Origin: Nymphaea colorata
Taxonomy: Eukaryota
Direction: 5' to 3'
Assembly (NCBI RefSeq): GCF_008831285.2
Contig: NC_045138.2
Coordinates: forward strand, 35,650,001-35,714,000
DNA length: 64,000 nt
Shown: positions 27,376 to 38,138 of the stretch, one piece after another
Layout of the letters: every line of letters begins with the position of its first letter
Position numbering within the stretch: position 1 is the first letter of the stretch
Notes under the pieces: model-generated
Seen by the model: only the letters and a program-made list of their open reading frames with translations
The model's database searches: none
Told to the model about the DNA's origin: nothing
Made by a program: the position numbers and the translations under genes

Positions 27376-27570
27376 ATTCTTAATCTCGTTGATTTTTTTT
27401 TCTTATTAAAGTAACCTGTTTCTTTCTGTTCTATTTTAAATTCTTCATTCATTTTCTTTCCCCCACCTGTGTCATTCTTAATCTCGTTGATTTTTTTTTC
27501 TTATTAAAGTGACTTGTTTCTTTCTGGTCTATTTTAAATTCTTCATTCATTTTCTTTCCCCCTCCTGTGG
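27376..27570. repeat. ~98-bp two-copy tandem repeat in a TIC110-like intron; a 49-bp tandem pair also lies at ~27913-28005
   Basis: cattcttaatctcgttgattttttttt...cattttctttccccc occurs twice; gaagatggcagcagttgatagctag.cataattcatgtgtcttt occurs twice. Confidence 0.85.
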
Positions 27571-29156
27571 CGGGTTGCTGCTGATTTGCTTCGGGAGCAC
27601 ATCAGGAAACTTATTGAAGAAAAAGTTGCAGCTGCGCTGGCTGTGGTGAAGTCCAGATGAAGAAGCAAGTAGGTTCATTGTGCTTGCTGCATGTAACTTA
27701 GTTCCTTAGTATATGAAGGCACCCTTTATTATTCCACATGGCATATGTGCATAACTGCATATGTGAATCTGATAGCTGTTCCAGCTTGTATGGATGAGTA
27801 CATGCCGAGATTATTGTTTATTGCATAGTGTTCATGCTTATTATATAAATCTTTTTCTGCTTTCATAAATAATAGGAAGGAGGTCCAAAACTTTGCATCT
27901 CTTAAGAAGAAAGAAGATGGCAGCAGTTGATAGCTAGGCATAATTCATGTGTCTTTATGATGAAGATGGCAGCAGTTGATAGCTAGACATAATTCATGTG
28001 TCTTTCTGATGCAGGTCTGAAGTATTTACGATATTAACAAGTTTATCATGTCCTTTTAAAGTGGCAAATTTTAAAACGGCATGGTGGTCCAGACGTCAAT
28101 TACAATACCTAGAGCTATGGATTGTTTTTAGTTAAGGACATATGTATTGGTCATATTTTTTGAATACCAGATGCCATTTGATTTATTGGTTATATTTTGG
28201 TCACATTTAAAGATATTCTCACATTTGAAGCCGGGATCTTTCTAGGAGCAGTGACAAAACCCTTTACAGTGCACACCTATAAAATCTGCTTGTGCAAGAA
28301 ACGACATCCATGGAGTTTCAAATGTGGTGTTCTGCTGCTTAACCAAGGCCGACTCCCGTTTCCACTGTGACAACCGCCTTGGGTATAAATGTTGCTGGGT
28401 TTTGCTAAGCGATACACCTAAAAACAGGCCAAAAGCGAACAACAAATTAAGTTAAATAATTGATCTGCTTATGAAATTCCAGTTCACACACAACCACACG
28501 TGCAGTCATGCACATTGCTCTAATTACCTTCTCCACTGCTTCTTTCCAAGACTTCAAATGAGAAGAGAGGTTTCCATGATACCAGGTTTTTTGCATGCTT
28601 TCTGCTTCTTAATGATCCTAAAAAAATTGCTTTTTGCAGGGAAATTGAGCTTTATTGATCATCTTGAGGAGGTCTTATGATTTGTTAGTTTATCATTGAC
28701 CAGCCATACTGAAGTCAGCCGATTCCCTTTGGGATTGCACCTTTTAGGTAAATATTCTATCAAAAACACATATATATTTGATATGGGTGTTTACATGTGT
28801 GTGTGTGTGTGTGTTTGTGTTTGTGCCTTGGTCAATGTGCAAAGCTGCAAAAAATCTTAAAAGTAATAATTATTGGTTAAAATAGTTTCATGTTATCCTC
28901 ATGAAAATAATGCAAAGGAAAGGTTTAAATAATTTTCTTGAAGTTTAATTCTCGTTTCATTTATAAAATGATGAAAAAGGACACATGATGAAAAAGGACA
29001 CATGAGAATTTTCAACCAGAACAAGCTTAAAGAATACACATTATGAGGGTCAAACTTAAGGCATTTTAAACTGGAAGGTTGACATCTAGAGAAATTTGGA
29101 GACACTTTTAGTTTCGTATTTTCTTTTTTGTCATTGTCTTCTCACTATGCAAAGAT

Positions 29157-29350
29157 GAACCGGGTTATGGGGGCATCTTCGCTTCAAGAACCGAGTTGTG
29201 AGAGGCGTACGGTTTCAAGAACCAGGTTGTCATGGGTGGAGGAGGTAGTGCTTTCAAGAACCGGGTTGTTGGGAACGTCTCGTCTCTGTTTTAAGAACCG
29301 AGTTGTGGAGACACGAGTTGTGGAGGTGTCTCCGTTTCAAGAACAGAGGG
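29157..29350 (+). repeat. Interspaced short repeat array, motif TTTCAAGAACC(G/A)(G/A)GTTGT, ~6 copies
   Basis: Copies at ~29157, 29183, 29213, 29252, 29290 and 29335 with variable GC-rich spacers. Confidence 0.8.
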
Positions 29351-29719
29351 TGCCACGATTATTCTTTAATTACTCTAAATTAAGTATGTAAAAACAAGAG
29401 GCCGGTATGCATTTATTTATCTTTAATGCTTTAACATTGCTCCATGTTGGACCATATGAGCCAATATTGTATCTTGCAGGTTTTTGCCAATATGATGCGA
29501 GGCCAATATGCATTTATTTATTTTTTCATTTTTAAATTAATTTAAACTATTTTAAAGTATTTCTTGACATTGAAAACTTTTAAAAACCACAATCCAATGG
29601 TTATTGAATATTGATGCAATGCACTCAGTACATTACATGTACTTACAGTTTATACGGTCCCATGTTGAATCATGACTGGCTTTAACCTCAATTTATTCTA
29701 CTTTAAATTAGTAATTATA

Positions 29720-30432
29720 GGGTTTCGTTTATGTTTGAGAAGTAACACATGCATTTTATTTGTTCTTTAGTTATAATTTGATAGCCGTATTTTTTTTATT
29801 GAAATTTCAATTTTATTATTATGTTTCACAACTCATAATGCAATTATTGGTTCCTTTTTTTTTCCTTTTTGGACTCTTTAATGCGTCTAGTCCTCCTCCT
29901 AGTTGTGGGACTACAAATTAAACTTTTGTTGGTAATATTTTTAGTGCCGTACAACAGGCACTGGGGTTTAAAATGTTAGAGGGATATTGATTTTAAAATG
30001 AAAGAGAATTTGATTAGTAAGAGGAATTTTTATAGCCCACAACGGATGACCAGAGTAGCCTCTCAAGATGAAACGTAGAAGACATCTGTTTTTTTGGGTC
30101 TGGTATTCTTGTATATTCAAACTGTGATGATGGCATTGTTGGCGCTTCACAAAGCTACGGACCAGGGATTTAAAAGCACTTGTTTAGTCAAAGTAAGTTC
30201 AATAAATTCATTAACCTCTATGATTTTTAAGCTACATTTACTAACTTTAATAACTTTCAATAAATTCAAACTTCACCGATTTTATCTAATTCTACCATGC
30301 GGCTGAGAAAAGAAGTATACTATGAAATGGAAAAATGAAAAAAAAGATACAGACGTTAATTGGGAGACAGGCGTAGGTAGGCGCACTTGAGGTGCACATC
30401 TCGGCCGTTGAGGTGTGCGTCACTACAACTTG
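29720..30432 (+). repeat. ~715-bp direct repeat B (copy of 16504-17225) with degenerate end cactacaacttg
   Basis: Identical 60/70-aa spurious ORFs occur in both copies; the copies differ by a small indel near 29928 and a few bases. Confidence 0.9.
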
Positions 30433-31479
30433 AGCATGGGCATGGCACTTGGGTGTGCAATCAGTTTGTACAGGCCGCAAGTGAACCGAATCATGCTACT
30501 CAAGGCATGTGCTCACCCTCGATGAAACACAGCCATGGGTGCGATTATCAGTAGATCTCCATGTGTTCGGGAGCTAACGATCTTAAAATAAAGAGAATTT
30601 TCTATTTTCAGGTCTACTTTTCGTGATCTTTTATAAGCTAAAGAGAAACCGGGAAAATAACATTTTCTTGAAACAAAACGAACCATGTGATGGTGTTTTT
30701 CTTTAAATAAGCAAGCAGACGGATAAGTGGTCAGGAGTTCCCATAGAAAGGGAAAAGCCTATGATACGAACTGTATGAATAAGAACCGAGAACAGAAGAA
30801 AATAAATGTGAGGCGACTTCAGTGGGCACATATGCTGTTGAGTGAAAGGCAAACATCCGGTGTAACTGCAGTGGGTGCTTCATCAGCAGCAGAAGCAACA
30901 GAGAGGAAGAAATGCTTCATTTAGGGCCGAACCTTTTCATTTTTACTTAAATTTGAGTCCGAAAGTTAAGCATTTTTTGTATGTGGCGCCATGGCTCTCT
31001 TGAAACTGCTATTAAATTCTGACACCTCGAGAGAATGACAAAGGTTGATGCTTTTTGGAATTGTATATTACTAGGACTTAGCTCATTTGGCTACGAAATC
31101 ATATTAAACACCATATTGAATAGGTAGCTATTAATTTCACTGTTTTCTAACAACAGAATGGGAATGACCAGATCTTCCTTTCTCAAGATCTTTCATTTGA
31201 ACTCATACCTTGTCTTTACGTAGTCAATACATATTTTCACAGAACGACTGGATCTCATATTAAAAAAAAATCCAAGTAAAATAAACAGGGACCAGGGTAT
31301 TGTTCCGGAGCCGGTAAGCTATGAATCTTTCGTAAAAACTGGTTCCCGAGAATCTGCCAAAAGAACAAATTTTGCTTCTCGTTCTTGGGATTCATGGTGC
31401 AAAACTTACTTTCAGCAGAGAGAAACTATTATATTACCGATGTATGTCTGCGATGGAGGTTCATGGTACGTCTTGCATC

Positions 31480-32224
31480 GTCCAACGATCTCTCTCTCAC
31501 TCTCAGAGACGGGGAGAGAGAGAGGCATCTCGTGGGGCGCTCCTAGGAGCATTCCCCCTTTGCCTTCGCCGCCAAAAGAGGGAGTCCTGAGTGGTTCTCC
31601 CTCTTCTCTTGTGCCGTACGTCTTCTCACAGACTCCACCACCCCTCCTCCCCCTCTTCTCCCATCTGCCCGCATTTAGCATTGACTCAGAGAGAACGCCA
31701 GTGAGCAAGGATCCTGCGGTGCTCTTTCTTATTCTTTCTTTTCCCTTTTCCTTTTCCTATTAAAAGCGAGAGCAAGATGGTCGTTTGTGATAAAACTAAT
31801 GAACCAGGTTGACTCTCTCTCTCTCTCTCTTGTTAACTTGTATAACTCGTTAGAGGAAAGTGTATAAGGTACCAGCTGTTTTCTGGGGTCCCAATCAAAG
31901 TGGGGTACCTTGTGAGCGTCCAATCTAATTTGTTCTTAGTGGGGTTTTTGAGATGTTGGAGACAAGGCACTGGGTTTCCTTTTCCTCTTTTTCGTGCTTT
32001 TCTACGGATAACTTTTACAGTTTTACTATTGATTTTAGAGAATAACCTTAAAACACAAGTAAATATGCCACCTATTGTTCCTTTTGCTTAGCGAAAATTC
32101 TTCTTCTGATAAATAAGTTATTGCTCCGAGTGTTTTGAGTTCCGGCGATTTGGAAAAACTTCATGCTTATGAAGATGGCGAATGTTTATTGTTGTTCATA
32201 CAGTCTAACAAGTGCCCCTGTCAG
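31480..32224 (+). promoter_or_regulatory. Predicted leader exon and 5'-UTR intron (31869-32224) of the bZIP gene
   Basis: GA/CT-rich tract, donor TAAG|GTACCA, U-rich intron, acceptor CTGTCAG|. Confidence 0.45.
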
Positions 32225-32446
32225 ATTGTAAGGAGGAATTCTTCTGAGTTATAGTGTTTACGTCCTCTGGAGTTTGGAGGTGTGAAAGATTGTTTGTGTA
32301 ACTTGGGTGACAAAGGCATGATCACTTTCCGGTTGGGACATCACATATTATAGGGGCAATTATTTCAAGGTGCTCTTTTTGCTCTTTTTGAATCTGAGAT
32401 GCTATACTTGTGGACTTTCGAAGAGATTGGGAGTAGGAGCCATTAA

Positions 32447-34423
32447 ATGGGGTTTCAGGCAATGGCTTCACCAAAGGAAGGAGGACAATCACCATGGGTT
32501 CAGGCTTTGGTTCCGCAGGGTTCTCTTTATAATCTTACACTAGATGAGGTGCAGAACCAGCTGGGAGATCTAGGGAAACCCCTGAGCAGTATGAATATGG
32601 ACGAGCTACTTAAGAACATCTGGTCGGCCGAGGCGAATCAATCATTGGCTTTCTCCATGGAGAATCACAGTCAGGCGGGCCCGAAATCGGTTTCCGTCAT
32701 ATATGGCTTGCCCCAACAGGTGAGCTCAAACCTCACCCACGAATTGAGCAAGAAGACTGTCGATGAGGTGTGGAGAGACATTCAGCAGTTGCAGAGGAAT
32801 AATAACAATGAGAAGCAAGTGCAAGACCAGCAACTTTCTGTGGGGGAGATGACATTGGAGGACTTCTTAGTGAAGGCGGGAATCGTCTCCGAAGCCGGCA
32901 CTAAAAATGGAGGTAGTCGGAAGGGCGTGGAGCATTTGGAGATTGGTCATGGTGGTGGCAGTGCTGCTAGTGTGTTGGGAATCAATCCAATTGTTAGTCA
33001 GAATTTTCAGAGACAGAGCCAGTGGCTAATCACGTCCTCCAGTAGCCAACAGCTGGTTGAGCCAAGAGACCAAAATTTGATTGGTGCTTATATGCCTAAC
33101 CACCCAATCTCTGCGCCATTGCCCGCCACCGCTGGTCCAGTTATGGAGATGATGTTTACTGACAACGATCAAATGGCAGAGGCACAGTCACCAAACCGGA
33201 AAAGGTTTGCTTGTGGTGAAGTGATTGAGAAAACAGTTGAGCGAAAACAGAAGAGGATGATTAAAAACAGAGAATCTGCAGCTAGGTCGCGTGCCAGGAA
33301 GCAGGTGACGTCGTAATTCTCTTTTGCAGCCTTTTTGAATTTTCTGCAGTGCATCTCTTCTCTAACGCCATTTTCCTTTTTACCCTCACAGGCCTATACA
33401 AATGAGTTGGAGAACAAGGTTTTGCGTCTGGAGGAGGAGAATGAGATGCTTCGACAGCAGAAGGTGAGCGATGTTTTCCTAATGGGTGTGTGTGTGTGTA
33501 TCTATACGAAGATTCATGGTTCATTCTCTTGGACTGCTACCAAGGCAGTTTACTTTAAAGCAAAACCCAATGCTATGTTCTAAGAGGTGCCACTTTTAAA
33601 ATTCTATAGTGCATCATATCTTTGCATCAGTTCCTGCAAAAGCTAAACTGATTGGACAGTTCCAAGCAAAAGATTTACTCCATTATCTGGGATTGTCTTC
33701 CCATTCATGGTTGTTGACCACACCAACCACACGGCACACGTGCATATGTAGACATGTATGTGTGTAATATGACGGGTATTTCTAAGTCCTCATCCTTGAT
33801 TAAATGTAATAGATGTTAAATTGAATTTGTCAAGTTTCCATTCAAGTTGTGCGTTTGTATGGCCTTGCATTCATTGTCTGCAGAGTCAGACGTGCTGTCA
33901 GCAAACGTAGCCTTTTTCGTTTTTCTTCTTTTCTTGTTTGCAGGAATGACCTGAAGACATTTGACATCCCATGTATGATGTATTTGTTTTAGTTTACGAC
34001 CTTTGCCTTCAGAATTTCTTAAACATCCAAGTGCCAGAATGTAGCTCTCATGGTAATCCATTTCATGAAAGTGTTCAAAGAGCTTATTTTTTAATTAGTT
34101 TTGATGTCTTATTAGCCTCACATATTCATCGACTTGAATCTTGTTCTTGGGGAAAGCCAACTTGTGCATGATAGTGGTGTGTCATGGAAAAATGACAATA
34201 TACAGGAGAAGAGAGGGTATCTATCATCTCCTGGTGAAACTCAATGCCTTATGTTTGTTATTCATGAGTTCATCTTTATTGGGTTGATGCATGCAAATTT
34301 CTACTCGTACTGATCCTACATTATTTCCTTTTTTCTTTACAGAAGTTGCAGAATATTCTGTATGCAGCAATACAGCCAGAGCCAAAGTACAAGCTCCGCA
34401 GGACCAACTCTGCTCCATTTTGA
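32447..34423 (+). CDS. DPBF3: Group-A bZIP (AREB3/DPBF3-like), copy 2; exons 32447-33304, 33392-33463, 34343-34423
   Basis: Same translation and splice sites as copy 1. Confidence 0.93.
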
Positions 34424-36438
34424 TTCTCTGTCTATTGAACTCCATTTTGGTTCTGTGCCTATAACATTTGCAGATTCAGATAGCTTCAGTTGTTCAGAAC
34501 ATGAGAGACTCCAGGAGTTCTGTCCCACGGTCCGTAGTGTGGTAAGCAGGGGCATCTTTCTAGTGTGGCTTTTCTGCTTCGTCCTATGTAAATCTATTTA
34601 CGGCATGCTGTGAAATGAATATCAATCTGTCAAGAGAAGTTTGGGTTAAAGTTAACACTTGCATCCTTTTTCTGACACTATTTTCTTGTAAGTGCCCATG
34701 CTTCATCTAGCATCGCCATTAATGTTTTGCTTGAGAGAGATACAGGTGAACAACTATTCCAGTCTTCCTCCTGTACTAAAACCTTCAGTATAGAATATTG
34801 AGCGATCTCTTATCCCCAGTTCACAACTACATCCTCTGCTCTCCTCCAATTCTTGCAGCTAATCAAGAGTTACTTGCAAAGGAACAAAAGCAAAGATTTT
34901 TCATTGCCCCTTCTTGAAGAACTTCCGGTTGCATCTAGCTGTACCAGCCAACAGAATCTTGGGAATGAGGCATCAGGAACAAAAGAGGGGAAAAAAAAGA
35001 AAAAAAGAACATCCCTTTTCTTTTATTTCTGTTGAAGAAACTGATAACTTTTTATTTGTTGGTAAGCTCGCCTGCAAGGCCTGGCATGTGGGAGGCATTA
35101 GCTGAGAGCATTCTTGCCTGGACCTAGTGAATCCTTCTGCATTAAGCTTAGACTCGGTTTAATGTGCCAAAACATATAATGTTTACAAGCACACCAGATG
35201 CATACTGAACATCATAATTGTTATATCACAAAATCTGTGCCGACCTCTAGCCGTTCATGGAAAAATTTGTCTACATGTTTGCACCACGAGAGAACATTCC
35301 AAAACAAGTTGGAAAGGAAAAAGTTAGAATTTGAAGGGATCATGCAATTGCGTGTAATGTTGCCTAATCATAAGTCATTCATTTGGTTTTCCATGTTACC
35401 AAACTTAGAATTTTGAGAAAACCAAATATGTGATCCTTGTTACTGAGGGAGTCGTCCAATTTCAGTATTCTTTAATGGTAACAAGACGTGGTGCTTAGAC
35501 AAGTGGTTGACAAAGCATCATCAACTGGAAGAAAACAGGAAAATAGGCCATTGAAGGGAATCAAACCACCTGACGTTTACTCTTGAAATCTGATGATGGT
35601 TCGGTTTTCTCTCATTCCAACTTACAGATACGTCGTTTAGAGTCTTCATGGAGAATAAGCAAGGCCTAAGATTGATCAATCCCAGTAAAAGGGGGCACCT
35701 GGTTTTCAAGCTCCTTGTCTAATGCATAACAGTTGGCATCAGCATGAGATCTCGAGGACGAAATCAGAATTCCGGTTCCACCTTCGAATCCTTTCGCCTT
35801 CATCATTAAGAAGGAAAACTATTGAACTTGCAAAGCCCTAATCCCTTCTCCCGCAGCGCTAAGGGCCTGGGTTGGTTCAGTCTTCAGTTTGCACTGGCTT
35901 TTCGTTAAGTGTGGGCAGGAACTCATTTCGGGTGAGCAGAAGTTATAGAAGTTCCTTGAGGCTCGAACGCCTCTCATTCTTTCTGTTTCCGGGATTCTGG
36001 ATTGCGTCTGGACTCAGTCGGATCACGTTTCCAGGATTCTGGACTGCGTCGGGACTTAGTCGGAGCAGAAAAACATTCAAAATGTATTTGCACTTCAAAA
36101 GTATGAAAAATTGAAATCAATCCAGATGATTAAATATTTAAATTCATCATTAGAAACACCGTAAACTGTTGCAAAAAATATTGTAAATACTGACAATAGA
36201 CGGCCAACTGATTTTAATTCTTCAAAAAGGTAGGAACTTGAACTTGTTTTTTAAGAATTGCTTCCATGACTGAACCTAACGAGCCATGACACGGAAGACT
36301 GGAGAGAGATGTCGGGGAGGAGCCAGCGCCTCGTCTGAGATCAAAGAATCAGTTGACTTGACCATCTTGAACCCTCCCGACCCTTTCCCTTCTTTTTTTC
36401 TAGCCGGGCAGAAGCTTGCCGCCAGTCTGCTTTTGTGG

Positions 36439-37343
36439 ATGGCGGTGTGCAACGCCGTCGCGGATTCAGTCTTCCATTCCATCGGTCACGCTGGTTCAGG
36501 TTCCCTCTCTGTCTCCATCTCTCTCCGTGACTGCTTATGCCTTCTTCTTCCACTTCGTGTGGCATCTGTTTAATCGCCGGAAGAAGTGTCCGACGATCAA
36601 CTGTCCATGTGAGTATGGACTTCTTTCTATCTCTTTCTCATTACAGCGACGAAAATGTTCGGGCTCTGAGGTCCTCTCTTTCTCTCTCTCTCTCTTCCCC
36701 CGCTCCCCCACCGGGCCACCCCCTTCTCTCTCAAGAATTCCAGATTGCATTTTTTATACGGCAAAAATTTGGAGCGGGCGCTCAGAATCGTGGACCTAGG
36801 CGGCGTCAAGCGCATTGCCGGCGAACCCAGCGGCCGAGCGCTCTTTCTGGTCACTCTCCTCCCTCGTGCTTCGTGGGCTTCCCTTTTCGCTTCTTATTCT
36901 TCGTGGGTTTTATTTTCTTCTTGTTTTCTGTTTATTTGCGTAATGGGTTGGGGTTGACCGGATTACATTGGGTTTAGGTGGTGGTGGAATCAAGAAGGAA
37001 AGAGGAGTACATCTGCTTCCCTACCCACCATTGCACCTGCTACTCCTCCTTCTACGACGTCGTCAACAAGGCGGAGCAACTCTGTGTACGGCTGTTAGTC
37101 CCTGTCCAGTTTCCCTTGTACCTTCACTTTCATCATCCTTCTTTTCTTGTGGTTGTATTATCATCTGTCAAATTTGTTTTCTTCGTCTGTTAAATTTGTT
37201 TTCTTCGTCCTCATCGTCATATTTTTTGTTTCTTGGTCCAGTGTAAGCATCAGTTGGCTGCACGGTTCGCGGAGGGGGTGCAGGCTTACACGGAAGTGAG
37301 AGTGCCTGACGAGGAGTTGGCTGTCATGCTGTCCAGGCTCTGA
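36439..37343 (+). CDS. ZSWIM7: ZSWIM7/SWS1/SSN2 homologue, copy 2; exons 36439-36499, 36587-36608, 36744-36849, 36978-37085, 37242-37343
   Basis: Same exons as copy 1; the 2-nt length difference is confined to intron 2. Confidence 0.92.
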
Positions 37344-38138
37344 CGCTTGCCTGTGGTGTAATTGTTGTTCAACACCAAGAGGTGATTCTTATCTTTGACG
37401 TAAATTTCTTTCAGGAGTTGGCTGTCATGCTGTCCAGGCTCTGACGCTTGCCTGTGGTGTAATTGTTGTTCAATACCAAGAGGTGATTCTTATCTTTGAC
37501 GTAAATTTCTTTCAATCCCTATAGGCAATTGATTGTTCTTTCCGTATTACTTAACTTGTGTTCCTATTGGTGATTGACCTCTCTGTGTTGGTTCATTTGT
37601 CATTTTGGTTTATATTTTTGGCCTTTTAGTCATTCTTGTGAATTTTGTATAGTGTCTAAAAACTATCTCAACTCCGGAAGATATATATCGTATCCTTTTT
37701 CCTTGTTCTGCTTCTCTGTACTGATTAAAAGCAGTTGCATCGGTACAAGCTGTTACAAGAAATGGTTGCTGATATTCACTTTGTTTGTTTACGCCTTAAT
37801 CATTTGAGGCATTCATGTTACGAAGCTGGGCGGAAAATTATATTTTCTCTTGTTTGTTGTTGCTTAGATGGACGAAGCTGGTTATGGCGAAGCGTAAATA
37901 AATACGTTTTCTCTCTTTACTTTTTCAAAATTGGTGTCTCATTTTCTAGTAATCTTAAAGGATTTAATGAATGGTAATGACAAATCTCAACCACTTCAAA
38001 ACCTTGAATGTTTCACTTACTTGAGTTCCTCACAATGTCGGACTCATGGCAATTCTTTTAATTTTAGAAAATAATGCTGACTTATTGAATTCACTATTTC
38101 CATTGTTCAATTGTTATCACTTATTGATGTTTTTACAG

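Larger units (their letters stand above)
24503..28747 (+). pseudogene. TIC110-like internal exons, duplicated and decayed: 24503-24566, 25733-25842 (block A); 26868-26931, 27259-27323, 27574-27668, 28640-28747 (block B)
   Basis: VEFPIQDAVKLYSEKLKLISL / DANQNQLIELRTTEIQC*LLDK / VAADLLREHIRKLIEEKVAAALAVVKSR*RS / ELSVIDHLEEVLSF..LSLTSHPEVSRSPPGIAP run colinearly with recalled TIC110 (VEIAIR..A.QLYAERLKLVGRDINAENLVDLRK.QL..KLSDELAEELFREHTRK...SSALSILKSR...VVEELEKVLEF...SLKSH). In-frame stops and mutated acceptors (ccg, cgg). Confidence 0.72.
24350..28783 (+). repeat. Diverged local duplication: block A 24350-25880 and block B 26703-28783, with reciprocal deletions
   Basis: Both start tcgcctattaatattg and end ...aggtaaatattctatc.aaaaca. 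A lacks ~27187-27637 and ~27667-28079; B lacks ~25285-25572. Confidence 0.9.

Noticed and set aside
29157..29350. CRISPR array
   Set aside because: Plant intron-containing context, short degenerate repeats, irregular spacers, no cas genes.
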